Source of the DNA: Vicugna vicugna
Lineage: Eukaryota
Assembly (NCBI GenBank): GCA_013265495.1
Contig: MU058636.1
Location: forward strand, 992,091-1,056,000
Length of the DNA stretch: 63,910 nt
Direction: 5' to 3'
The notes under the pieces were generated by a model, which worked only from the letters and a program-made list of their open reading frames with translations, was not told where the DNA came from and did not search any database. Below, one piece after another: positions 52,061 through 63,910 of this stretch (position 1 is its first letter; every line of letters begins with the position of its first letter). A program made the translations under genes and the position numbers.

Positions 52061-54254
52061 ATCAGTCATTTTTTCAAGGAGCCTGGTTCCTTGCAGTAGA
52101 GAATGAAAAGCCAGAATCTTGGCAAAGCAAAATCTAGGTGCCAGGTGTATATGTTAAAATTTCTAAAGGCCCTCCTTATGACCAATTTTTTGTTCCACAG
52201 AAAGGACTCTTATTGGATCCACTGATTGTTTACCGTAAATCTTCGCTTTTAAATACCGTTGAAAACCCACGTGTAATTCTCACGCTTTGGCAGGTTGGAG
52301 GCGTACTTCTCAACCTGACATCCTCGGACGCAAGTTCACAGTGGTGCTAATTAACCCGTGAATAGATTCTTCATCAGTAAAGAATGAATAACTTGTACTT
52401 ACCTCGATACGGTCTTCAGTTCAATTCAGAATTATTTTAGTTTAGCTATTAATGGACTTCCCATTGGAAGAGTGAGTAAAATTAAGTTTTTCAAATAGGA
52501 CGCAGTTTGCAAAACTGTAATTGCAGCACTTTATTCTTGCTCATCAGAAAATAGAGTTCCTTCCACTTTCTTCTCTTTAGTCACTTGTCAGCTTTCAGCA
52601 GCTGGCAAAAGATTAAGTATGCAAGTCTTTAATTTCTGTTTCTTTTTATAAATCGAGTACTTGGTCCAATGGGGGTATAGTATCAGTTGAATTTTTTTTT
52701 TAAATAAGGTTAAGAATTAAAGGTAAAGGGCCAGTGCAAGGGGAGGGAGGGATGAGGGGCACAGGGCTTGGGTTTTGCCTTTAGGTGATGGGGGCAGTGA
52801 CGAATGGGAGCAGCAGGCACGCAGACAGGTCGTTCTCTTGCAAACGTCACTTGGCAGCAGCACGATGAGCGGGTTAGAGGGTGGGAGGTGAGTGTGAGGG
52901 CAGAAGAACAGCACTGTTGGTGTAGTTCAGGAGAGGAGCAGGGGGCCGGAGCGAGGGCTGGGGGCAGAAAGGGACGGGGCTGGTGTCCGTCCGCCGTCGA
53001 GGGAGGGTGCAGCCGGGATGGCTCTGTTTCTTGCTTGGGCTTCGTTTGGGATGGTTGACGCCTTTCTGCGTGGAGACACGGGTTGGCATTAGTGTGAAAC
53101 GAGTTCGTGTTAGAACCTGTCCAGGATTTGCGATTCCTATAGGACAGCAGTGTGGGTATGTTTGTTAGGTAGTTAGACTCACAAGTCAGTTGCTCAAGAA
53201 AGAGTTTATAAGGCAGCAAACAAACATTAATTCTAGATACATCTGGTTACAGTGTTTAAGAACGTATGTAATTTGGGTGAAGTTTTGTTTGTTTGTTTGT
53301 ATACTTTGCCTTTTGGAACCATTCTGTCTGTTGTGGGAGTGGGAGCTGTTGGCAGTTTTAAGCTACTCCAGAGAAGCATCCTGCAGATCCACGGCTTTAA
53401 GAGAAACCGTTTACTTCTCGGCTGAAATAAGTAGTCTGCCCCCACCCACTTCTGGCAAGGGTGTATGTGTGTTTATTGATTTCTTTATTACTCTTTTTTC
53501 CTAAGACAAAGTCTCCCTTGCTAAGACAATTGCACTGTTAAGACTTATGGAATTATACTAATTTTAAATTCAAAAGAAATACTTATCCAGTATCTGAGAT
53601 TAATCATTGAAGCAACAAGATATTTTAGTCTGTTTCATTAAGTAAATAGGAAGTTACCAGGTGTCTCATGGCCTGAAATAATTCATGGAAGTTGCTGATT
53701 TCTAGCCAAGAAAGTTGAGGGATGTATGTGATAAGGCAGAATCAGAAGTGAGGAGACCAAGGTTTTGCTTCATCTGTTTCTCCCACTTACTTACCACGAG
53801 ATTTGGACAGACCAGCTTTCTGGCGCCCAGCTTAGTCATCTGGAAAGTGGAAGCAGTGACTCCCTGTTTATCTCCCGAGCGGACTCACTCCTGCACAGGT
53901 GACGCCTGGAGGCACTGGCCTAGGTGGGGGCGGCCGCCCTGAACCGGCCCAGGTGGCTTTTACTCTCATGGGGGTTCTAGTGTCATAGTTACAGTGAGAG
54001 CACATATAAACTGTAAAGCACTGTGGAAACATTACGGCCATTCTTGCTTCAGGTAAGTTTTCTTCCTGCAAGGTCAGGTTCTCTTTCCATTTGAGCGATA
54101 CCTCGATAAAACACGCAAATAAAAAGGAGTTGTGAGTCTACGCATCTTACACCTGTCACAGAAACTAAGTCAAAATGATGGTGGACCTAGATGCAAAGCC
54201 GTAAAGTGCCTAGGAGATAGCACAGGAGAGGTGCCCTGGGTGGGGCGATGGCTT

Positions 54255-54399
54255 TTTATTCTTTTCTTTTTTGGGGGAGTTGTAGGGGGAGATCATTAGG
54301 TTTGCTCATTTCTTTATTTTTAGAGGAGGTACTGGGGATTGAACCCAGGACCTCACGCGTGCTGAACATGCACTCTGCCACTTGAGCTATACCCTCCCC
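54255..54399 (-). mobile_element. tRNA-derived SINE (vic-1 type), first copy in the duplicated block
   Basis: gaggtactggggattgaacccaggacctcacgcgtgctgaacatgcactctgccacttgagctataccctcccc. Confidence 0.88.
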
Positions 54400-55175
54400 A
54401 AACATACTGTTCTTTTTTTTTTTTTTNNNNNNNNNNNNNNNNNNNNNNNNNNNNNNNNNNNNNNNNNNNNNNNNNNNNNNNNNNNNNNNNNNNNNNNNNN
54501 NNNNNNNNNNNNNNNNNNNNNNNNNNNNNNNNNNNNNNNNNNNNNNNNNNNNNNNNNNNNNNNNNNNNNNNNNNNNNNNNNNNNNNNNNNNNNNNNNNNN
54601 NNNNNNNNNNNNNNNNNNNNNNNNNNNNNNNNNNNNNNNNNNNNNNNNNNNNNNNNNNNNNNNNNNNNNNNNNNNNNNNNNNNNNNNNNNNNNATCTGTT
54701 TCTCCCACTTACTTACCACGAGATTTGGACAGACCAGCTTTCTGGCGCCCAGCTTAGTCATCTGGAAAGTGGAAGCAGTGACTCCCTGTTTATCTCCCGA
54801 GCGGACTCACTCCTGCACAGGTGACGCCTGGAGGCACTGGCCTAGGTGGGGGCGGCCGCCCTGAACCGGCCCAGGTGGCTTTTACTCTCATGGGGGTTCT
54901 AGTGTCATAGTTACAGTGAGAGCACATATAAACTGTAAAGCACTGTGGAAACATTACGGCCATTCTTGCTTCAGGTAAGTTTTCTTCCTGCAAGGTCAGG
55001 TTCTCTTTCCATTTGAGCGATACCTCGATAAAACACGCAAATAAAAAGGAGTTGTGAGTCTACGCATCTTACACCTGTCACAGAAACTAAGTCAAAATGA
55101 TGGTGGACCTAGATGCAAAGCCGTAAAGTGCCTAGGAGATAGCACAGGAGAGGTGCCCTGGGTGGGGCGATGGCT

Positions 55176-55320
55176 TTTTATTCTTTTCTTTTTGGGGGGG
55201 GTTGCAGGGGGGATCATTAGGTTTGCTCATTTCTTTATTTTTAGAGGAGGTACTGGGGATTGAACCCAGGACCTCACGCGTGCTGAACATGCACTCTGCC
55301 ACTTGAGCTATACCCTCCCC
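55176..55320 (-). mobile_element. tRNA-derived SINE (vic-1 type), second copy in the duplicated block, inserted in an L1
   Basis: Same sequence as 54255-54399 apart from a few differences in the G-rich tail. Confidence 0.88.
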
Positions 55321-55354
55321 AAACATACTGTTCTTTTTTTTTTTTTTAAATTTT

Positions 55355-56586
55355 TCATTTGGGTGAGGGGAACAATTTTTCGGATACTGAACTAAAGGCA
55401 TGACAGTGAGAGACGTAATTGATAAGCTGGACTTCATTCAAATTAAAAACGTGGGCTCTGCAAAAGTTACTGTCAGCAGTAAGAAGACCAGCCACAGACT
55501 GGGAGGAGATGTTTTCAAAAGACATAGACTGATAAGGGACTGTTATCCAAGGAACTCTTAAAACTCAATAGAAAAAAAAAAAACCTGATTAAAAAATGGG
55601 CAAAAGCCCTGAACAGACCCTTCACCAGAGAAGATACACGGGGGCAAATAAGCACACAAAAAGATGGTCCCCGTCATATGTCACCAGGGTAATGCAAATT
55701 AAAACAAGATGCCACCACACATCGATTAGAGTGGCTAAAATACAAAACACTGACAACACCAAATGCTGGCGGGGATATGGAGCAACAGGAACTCTCGTTC
55801 ATTGCTGGCGGGAACGGAAAATGGTGCAGCCACTTAGGAAGACAGTTTAGATGTTTCTTAAAGTACTAAACGTATTCATACCGCAGAATCTAGCAGTCAC
55901 ACCCCTTGGTATTCACCCAAATGAGCTGAAAACTTAGGTCCACACAAAAAGCTGCCCCCAAATACTTACTCAGAATCACCAAACCCTGGAAGCAACCAGG
56001 ATGTCCTTCAGCAGGTGAATGGATCTGTAAAACTGTTGCATTTAGATAAAGGGATGTTATTCAGTGACAAAAAGAAACGAGTTGTCGGGCCATGAAAAGA
56101 CACGGAGGCACCTTAAATGCACATTACTAAGCGGCAGGAGCCAATCTGAAAGGGCTACATACTATGTGATTCCAGTCATAGGACATTCTAGACAAGGCAA
56201 AACTATGGAAACAGAAAAAAAAGATTAGTGGTTGCCAAGGTTCGTTGAGGGGGCAGTGAATAGGTGGAGCACAGAAGATTTTTCGGGCAGTGAAACTGCT
56301 CTGTGTGGTACTATAGTGGTGGATACATGTCACCATATATATGTCAGATTGTACAACACCTAGAGTGGCCTTAATGTGGACCATGGACTTGGGGTGATGA
56401 TGACATGTCAGCTTGGGTTCATCATTTAAACAAAGGTCCTCCTGTGGTGCAGGACGTGGATCGTCGGGGAGGGGATGTGTCTGGGGAGGGTGGGGGGTGA
56501 GGTGTACGGGAACTCTCTGCTTTTCTGCCCAGTTTTTCAGTGAACCTAAAACTGCTCTGAAAAAATGAACTAGTTAAAAAAAAAAG
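55355..56586 (+). mobile_element. L1MC-like ORF2 3' end and 3'UTR with A tail (its upstream part lies at ~55030-55175)
   Basis: ttgataagctggacttcattcaaattaaaaac, gacaacaccaaatgctggcgggga, ggaagcaaccaggatgtccttcagcaggtgaatgg, gtgaacctaaaactgctctgaaaaaat. Confidence 0.88.
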
Positions 56587-57341
56587 TGGTATCTCTATCC
56601 GGGAAGATACAGTACAGGTGTACCTCACTCAGTAGGCAGTTATTAAATGTTTGTTGAGTGAATAAAGGAATGGTGGTATTATTTGGAAATTCAATGTAAG
56701 CAGATACTGATTACTATCTTGCTTGTTAAATTTTCAGGAATGTTATTAATTACATTTTAAGATTGAAGAGATGATCTGTGCAGAAAAATTTAACTCAGAA
56801 TTCAACAGACCGATTTTTAGGGAGTGCCAGAGTCAGCGCCATATACTTAGATTTCAGAATAAGAATTAGAAGAATTTAATGCCAGGGGGCAGTTTTGGGC
56901 ACAACGTAAGATATCTAAGATTTCCAGCTGTGAATGAGATAAAATCCTAAATTTAGAAACCAACATGATTTGTTCACTTACCTTGGGAAGTAAAAGGAAA
57001 GTTTAGGTCCTGAGATGTTTACACATAAAGCGTGCAAAATAAGAGTAATTTTTTCTTCCAAAGAAGTTCAATTGAATGGGAAGCTACTTGTGTGGCAGCT
57101 CGTGTGATATGTAAGTAAAAATTCTATACTGCCTGGGCATTTAAAAACCCTACAGCTTTGGGTCAATTTCAGATATGTATGAATATCCATCCCTAATAAT
57201 TTTCAAAAATTCTAAAGGCCTTTGACTGGGATTCTTTATTTTTGTGGTCATTCGCCCAACATCCCACGTGTTGTCAGTAATCGGCGTTGGTGAGGATGCG
57301 AGTTCTCACCAGACGTCCTCCCCCGGTCGCTCCTTCTCCAG

Positions 57342-57476
57342 GCAAACATGCGGAAGACATATTCGGCGAGCTGTTTAATGAGGCCAACAACTTCTACATC
57401 AGAGCAAATTCTCTGCAAGACAGGATCGATCGCCTTGCCGTCAAAGTCACCCAGCTGGATTCAACAGTGGAAGAGG
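57342..57476 (+). CDS. WASF3: WASF3 coding exon 2 (135 nt, phase 1-1): (S)[44 protein letters not shown]
   Basis: Acceptor tccttctccag|gcaaacat; donor GAG G|gtacgt. A+GC restores Ser45 in frame with the previous exon. WHD helical region. Confidence 0.97.
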
Positions 57477-59578
57477 GTACGTAATTGCCGAGAGCAGTGA
57501 GCACTCAGTGATGTGGGCAAGAGGCTAGTGATTAATCGCAGGGCAGTTTCTGTGCTTCCTGGGGTCGAGTGCGCAGACTTCATCTTGCCTTCTCCTAGAA
57601 GAATGGCGAGGGGGAAGCCCACAGCATTGCGTTAATCAGTGATTGAAAGAGTCACATGTTGTCTGCCTTGTGTGCCGAAATCTCTGTTTAGATAAACTAC
57701 AGTACATGTGTTTTAAAGGACACTTGGAGTGCGTTCAGCATTGGAAATCCTAATGTAGGCTGTGGGTGGTGGTTTTAAAGATGCTTTCTTACCTAAAGAT
57801 CACAGCTTCACTCCGGAGGTACCGTCCAGCTGGGGGGCGGGGGGGCTGTGACAGGTGGCGCAGCCCAGCAGGGCCCTCCACGCGCTGCTGTTCTCGGGCG
57901 GGTACTTGTAGGTAATCCTGGGGATCCGCTGATTTAAGTTCCCAGAAGCAGCCTTTACTGAAGGCCCCTAGGCCTTGGGGTTTTAAAACAAAGTTAGTGT
58001 GACAGACACTGTGTAGTTAACTGACAGTCATTAGGAAGATACACTCTGGAGTTGGGGTGGTTTCAACAAAATGAAAATTCGGAAAGTCCTTTTTAAAAAT
58101 TTCATTTGCCATATCTTTTGAATGAAAGACTGAGACTAGGCTGGAAAAAAAATCTACAAAAAAAAAAAAAAGTCAAGATGTGCCATTTTATATTTACTTT
58201 GAGAAAAATGTTCAGATTAAAAATTACTTTTACCTTTATTTTACAGTTTCTCTTGTTACATTAAAACAATCCCAGCATCTCATTTTTCTACTAGACCTAT
58301 AATAATAGTATTAATTTTTAAATGAAGGCTTTATTTTTTAGAATAGTTACTTACGGAATTTGTCCCTGATCATTTAAAACAGATGTTTTCTCTTGTTGAA
58401 GTCTTTTTCAAAAGTCAAAATTAAATTAGTGAACTAAAAATTTAACAGAAAGGTAGAACATTGATATTTTAACATCCATTATAGACATTCTTTTCCAACA
58501 ATAAGTAGGAAGCTAAATTTATTTTTCATTTGAAAAAATAAAAATTTGAATAGCTACTTGATCTATTCATAAAGGGAACTTTTAACATTTAAATCAATCA
58601 TTCACTTTTCAAATTGGTATCATGAATGCTTTTTTAAAATTCTTACTCATCTTCAGTTTTTTGTTGGCTCTTGCAATTGTAAATCTTGTGATAAACCTTA
58701 AAAAGGTTAATCCGTAGGTTAAATCTCATGAGATTCTACAGTGTATCTCATATCCTTAACATCCCTTTCCAGTCAGGATTTTACCTCATTGCTCTTCTTA
58801 GCATGAATGTTATTGTTGAAAAATCACTTGACCAAGTTGGGAAATCTGCCCCCTGCTTTGGCCGCCACTGTTTTTGCTGGGTGACCTTGGGAAGGTAATT
58901 TAATACCCCTTCCTGTCAGCTTCATTGGTCCAGCTTGCCCGCCTCAAAAAGTCTGTGTCAGGGTCCAGTGAGTTGACACCTGAGACGTAAAGTGTGTGCA
59001 GACACAGGAAATGAGTGTGACTAGCCTGGTTCGCTCACTCCTCAGCGTAGACTTGTGCCATGCTACTTACTTTCTGGAACGACAGGTGTATTGGAAAGCT
59101 TTGCCTCTTTCCTTAATGTTAGTGGCAGAGAAATTTAATGCACTTTTTACATTTGTGTAATTTTTGCTGAAGTGTTTCCCACATGTATTGTAATTAAACT
59201 GGTATTAACTGAGCAGTTTTTCCCCCCAGGGTACCCGCATCTTTGTATTTACATGCCTTGTACACTCATGCCTGTATTCCTGTGTGGTTTCTGAGAAGTG
59301 TTGTTTAAGTGAAGAATGATGCTCTAACACTAGGTTCAGTGAAATAATTATGTCATTACAAAAGAAGACAAGGCATAATTTGATTTCATTTTGCAGAGAT
59401 AACTGCTGTTCATCAGAGGGAGGGAGTGCACGTGCTATTTAAGTGTGGTTTTAAATGAACCATAAAAGACATTCGGTTGGTCTAGGAGATGTGTGCGATT
59501 GTGAGTCCACTTATGCTTGTTTCTAAACAGTAAAAATATCCCCATGTAACCCACCTTGGGGGACTTCTCTCTAAATAG

Positions 59579-59732
59579 TGTCACTACAGGACATCAACAT
59601 GAAAAAAGCTTTCAAAAGTTCCACAGTCCAAGACCAGCAGGTGGTTTCAAAGAACAGCATTCCAAACCCTGTTGCCGACATTTACAACCAGAGCGATAAA
59701 CCTCCTCCTCTGAATATCCTGACACCTTACAG
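59579..59732 (+). CDS. WASF3: WASF3 coding exon 3 (154 nt): (V)[50 protein letters not shown](R)
   Basis: Acceptor cttctctctaaatag|tgtcacta; donor TAC AG|gtacgg. G+TG gives Val90. Meander region with Y125 and T138. Confidence 0.97.
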
Positions 59733-59957
59733 GTACGGCTTCGTGTGTCCGCAGAGCCTTTAGTGTGAGGAAGTCGAGAGAGATGGGCGGGGCGGTGGAA
59801 GTACTTTTTTCAAACTTTGAAAATAACAATTTCGGTGTTACACACAGTGAAATTACTTACTGGTACAGAATTGCTGAAGTTCAAGTATTTCAAAATATAG
59901 ATCAACTTTACCAAGAGAAGTGTGAGCTCTGATGTTAGCTTTTAAATGCAGATGCCT

Positions 59958-60085
59958 GGGGGGGGGGACGTAGCTCAGGGGTAGAGTGAGCGCCTAATGC
60001 ACAAGGTCCTGGGGTCAACACTCAGTACCTCTTAAAAAATCAGTCTAATTACCTCCCCCCCAAATTTTTTTTTAAAGAAAATAAA
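59958..60085 (+). mobile_element. tRNA-derived SINE (vic-1 type)
   Basis: gggggacgtagctcaggggtagagtgagcgcctaatgcacaaggtcctggggtcaacactcagtacctc...ctaattacctcccccc. taaatgcag occurs on both flanks as a partial TSD. Confidence 0.85.
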
Positions 60086-61326
60086 TAAATGCAGGCAGCT
60101 TAAGTAGAAGCGGACACGTTACATAATAATCCTGTGCGGTTCTGCTGTTCCTCGTATGCAAAGTCCAGTTGAAAGGAGCTGCGTGACTCATTTATAATGC
60201 AGCAAAATACCTGCCTCAGCGTCTCAGCCCAGCAGAGACGTTTGCTGCTTAATTCAGGAAAATTCGTTCTGCAGCACTGGGGCTCTCCAAGAGTGTGTGT
60301 GTAGTCAACAAACTAACCTTCTGTTGTGGTGAAGATGGGGGGACACAGCATTAGGACCAAACTCCCAAGAAAAAGAATGGAAAATAAGTCACACAAAAGG
60401 TCAATATTAAGAAACTAACTAAACATGCTCTTTGAAACGGCTCTTCTCTCTCCTGCCGCTTCAGGGGGCTGTTTCCCATTTTCACACACCTTCTCATGTC
60501 CCTCATTCCTCCCCATCTTTTCACCCCCCTGGCGAACTGACTCCTAAGGCAGCCCCTGATGGGCTCAGGCTGGTGGGAGGTGGTCCCCACTGCCCCCCGG
60601 ACTGGCTCTGCCGGGCGGTGCTCCTGAATTCAGCGAGTCCTTCAGCTCCACCTCTGCCCTCCCGGGCTGGCCGGCCCTCCTCGGGGAGTAAGCAGAGCTT
60701 TTCCTGGTCTGAGGGCCTGTCCTTTCTCAGGGTCCGGCAGGAGATGCTCGGGCCCTTTATTGCAGCCCTGCTGGTAGAGCAGTGGTCCAGACTGCACCCC
60801 TTTCTTTCAGTGTGGACAGAAAGGTTCCCCAAAAATGTAAGAGATTCCAGGGAAACCGTGGTGGGAGAGGGCCAGGACGCCACTTTTTTCTATGAAACGT
60901 GTATACTTTTCCGGCGGTTTTAGCACACTCCCGCAATAATTAGTGACGTTGTGAATAGTAGTAGTGTAGGCCTAATGTTTTAACTTGTGATTTTGCTTTT
61001 GTTCAGCCCTCGTTGGAATAAAACAAACATATCTTGCAATAACTGAGGTATTAAACAGCACTGTTTCTGAGCTGTCTTGTGATTTGGGGTTAGCACTTTT
61101 CTATACCTAAATCTAAATTTGCAAGAGTGGTTTTCATTTGATTATTCTAGAAAAAGTTGCTGTTCTTGCGTGTTTCCTCATTTTTTCAAATAAGGGGAAA
61201 ATTCAGAGACTTAACAATGTATAGGACGGTTAAAATGCCCATAAACGTAAGTTAATATTAATCCCGTGTGAAAATGTCTGACAGCCTTTTCTCCCAACCC
61301 CCGACTTGTCATATGCTGATTTACAG

Positions 61327-61444
61327 AGATGATAAAAAGGATGGACTGAAGTTCTATACTGACCCTTCCTATTTCTTTGACCTCTGGAAAGAAAAAATGC
61401 TACAGGACACAGAAGATAAAAGAAAAGAGAAAAGACGTCAGAAA
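61327..61444 (+). CDS. WASF3: WASF3 coding exon 4 (118 nt): (R)[42 protein letters not shown] continues past the window
   Basis: Acceptor gctgatttacag|agatgat; donor CAG AAA|gtgagt. Cumulative CDS is 133+135+154+118 = 540 nt = 180 codons. Contains the WAVE motif [15 protein letters not shown] (Y151) and the start of the basic region. Confidence 0.97.
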
Positions 61445-63366
61445 GTGAGTGATGCTGGTGTGGGGAACGGGCGCGTACACGTCTCAGTGGGATTCTCGCG
61501 TGCAAATTAGAAACTGAAAATCAGTAAATTCTTTCTTTGAATGGTGAGGTGTTGGGTTTAGTGCTGAAGGGCTTTTAGAGGTTGCGTTTTTCCCATGAGG
61601 GCAGGGACTGTTCCACCTAACACAGTAAAGCTATTTTCAATAAACACTCTGACTTGTTCTCTGATACTTGCTTTGCGTTAATGAAAGTAGTGGCTAAAAT
61701 TTCAGTTTTGTTTGTAACTGTGTTTTATGACTTCTGCTCTTTCAAATTTTGTAAAGCAGTCGACATTCCGTATCAGATAGAATTACCTGCTTTGGTCTTT
61801 TTAACAGTATTCATTGCTGGGTTGCCACCTAACTGTAATTAAGACCTTGAGATGTTCATGTTGGATTGAGGAGCACGTGTGATCTGCACGTTTAGAGGAT
61901 AGCATTTACTGAACGTGAGGTTCCCGGGGATGTTCGTAGGCAAGACTGGCAAGTCTGAAGGGAGAAGCATCTGCATTGCAAACACTCTTGGAAGGACCGA
62001 GTCCACTCTCAGATGAAGGGACTTCTGTTTTGAAAATGGTGTCTGTGGGGCCCAGAAATTAGACTTAAACCACTGGAAGTTAGAGTTAATTCTCCAAAGG
62101 CAAATATTTGCTAAGACTTTCCTGTGTGACCTATTTGAAAAATGACCACCTGGTTTGTTTGACAAATAGGAAGATGTATTCATTAAGAGAAAAGCTTAGC
62201 ATTGTGTGGCTTGGCTGCCTTAAGGTCTTGGGGAGTTTGGGTCTATTGGCCCAATAGGAGGGATGGCTTGAGATGGAAGAAAACCTGCGATGTGAAAACA
62301 GGAATTAGGAAAGGGGACATGGAAACAGTTTGCAGGCTGCAAATGTGAGATGTCACCACGAGTTCTAGGACAGATTCCGCAGACCGGCCACCCACACGCC
62401 CTTCCCGGGCTGGTGGGTTGGGGAGATTGTTTGTGGGAGATCTTGGAAGAGCTGCTCAGAATTCAGGTGGAGAAATACTCAAGTGAAGAAGCTACAAAGC
62501 ATTCAGGTGAAGAAAAACAAGGCACTAATCTCTTGAAAAGAAAAGGAACAGATTTTCAAAGGCCTGTTGGTCTGATTCCCCGAACGTTTTTCTGGCAACA
62601 GGGCGAAAGCCCAGGGTGCTTCAGGGCGCTTCAGGGTGCTCTGCCCTGACGCCTCCTTTAATCCTCAGGCCTCTCAGGGCTGTCCCAGAAGAGCCAGCGA
62701 TACTTTCAGGAAAAATAAATAAAACAGAATAAATAAGTAGATAAACCTAAGAACCTCCCCCCCAGAAAACATTAAAAAATATGTAACTTTTAAACTACTG
62801 TTCTTCAGGGAAAAACAGTCTTAATCTACTGTGTGTGATTAGTGTGTCTTCAGGAGTTTCTGTCATTTCCTTGGCAGTTTCGTCTCATTCCATGTTTCTC
62901 AAACACACAAAATTCTGATGAGAATGTATCCATTCACTTATATAATGGTTCTTTTTTTGAATGCCTTCTGAATGCTGTGATGAAAAAGGAAGCATTTACC
63001 GCCCTCAAGGAGATTACAATACAGCAGGAGAAACAAGCGTTAAATAATCCCGCAGTCCTCGGAAAATCACAGAGGGAAAGAAATTTGAAAATCTTAATGC
63101 AAGTCTGCTTTCCATAGGAACAGAAAACGAGGCAAGAGACCCTTTGTTTCCCAGGATTTTGGAAACCCGAGAGTCACTTTCGGTTCGGAACTGACAAGTC
63201 CATCTGAAGGAAAAATTAATTTCGAAAAATTTGGGGATAAGAAATCCCATGTTCCTGAACTTTGAATTTCCCTAGTTTGACAGTTTAAAAACATTTTTTA
63301 ACAGTTATGCAAATAGTGATGTCATTTTAAGGCTGCAGGTGCAGTGCTGGGGGGAGAAGTGGGGGG

Positions 63367-63460
63367 NNNNNNNNNNNNNNNNNNNNNNNNNNNNNNNNNN
63401 NNNNNNNNNNNNNNNNNNNNNNNNNNNNNNNNNNNNNNNNNNNNNNNNNNNNNNNNNNNN
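63367..63460. other. Assembly gap (N run) flanked by G runs
   Basis: N run seen directly. Confidence 0.98.
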
Positions 63461-63910
63461 GGGGGGTGGGTGCTGGTGGACAGAAAGGGGCTTCTAGGGA
63501 TGTTAATGTAGGCCAGTCAGACGCACGACAGTTAACCTTGTGTCGTGGTTGGTTCGTGTGTGTGTTGGTTGCCTGTTGTTGGGTAGACTGGAGGGTAAAT
63601 CATTGTAAAGACAGTGGCAGGTTTCCAAACACTCACCCCAACTGTGTCAGCACACATCTCTTAAAGGTCATAATTATTCATCAGTTTAATACGGAGACTC
63701 TTAATCGGATTGTACATTGGAATCCATTGAAACCTCCCCCTTTTCTTTTCTTTTGGTTTTAAAAGTACACAGACAATACAGGCCAGCTGTAAAATGCCCA
63801 GCCTACGCTGAAGGAAATACCTGGGTTTAGAAAATTTGGGGTTGAGTTTCTCCCATTCCCAGGCATAGCTACCCTCTGGGAACAGATGGGTGTGCGCATT
63901 ATTTTACTTT

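Larger units (their letters stand above)
53772..55347. repeat. ~655-bp direct duplication (53772-54426 and 54694-55347) flanking an N gap (54427-54693)
   Basis: Both copies start atctgtttctcccacttacttaccacgag and end in the same poly-T. The identical ORFs at 53868-54071 and 54790-54993 are offset by 922 nt. Confidence 0.95.

Noticed and set aside
61445..63910. Next WASF3 coding exon
   Set aside because: No ORF with WAVE-like continuation and splice signals was found. It presumably lies beyond the window, and the 94-N gap looks too small to hide it.
1..63910. A novel multi-gene or prokaryote-style system (operon, CRISPR, defence island, intact transposon or provirus)
   Set aside because: The window is explained by one spliced vertebrate gene plus decayed repeats. 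There are no long intact non-WASF3 ORFs, paired LTRs or repeat-spacer arrays.

Overview
This is mammalian genomic DNA, most likely camelid (inferred from vic-1-type tRNA-derived SINEs). It covers the 5' part of WASF3 (WAVE3) on the + strand. The window opens inside a CpG island (promoter/exon 1 region) and has a probable non-coding 5'UTR exon at 33685-33779. Four coding exons follow (42460-42592, 57342-57476, 59579-59732, 61327-61444). They splice in frame through canonical GT-AG junctions into 180 codons: the WAVE homology domain, the meander region and the start of the basic region. The gene continues beyond the window. The introns hold ordinary interspersed repeats (L1, L2, MIR, MLT1, an ERV-type LTR, MER DNA transposons, SINEs). 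There are three N-gaps, one with a ~655 bp sequence duplicated on both sides, which is probably an assembly artefact. Nearly all ORFs in the six-frame track are spurious. I found no convincing novel biological system. The best leads are untested hypotheses about WASF3 RNA processing: a uORF in the UTR exon, a candidate poison exon or recursive splice site, and inverted repeats around exons. Repeat boundaries and family names are by eye and approximate.
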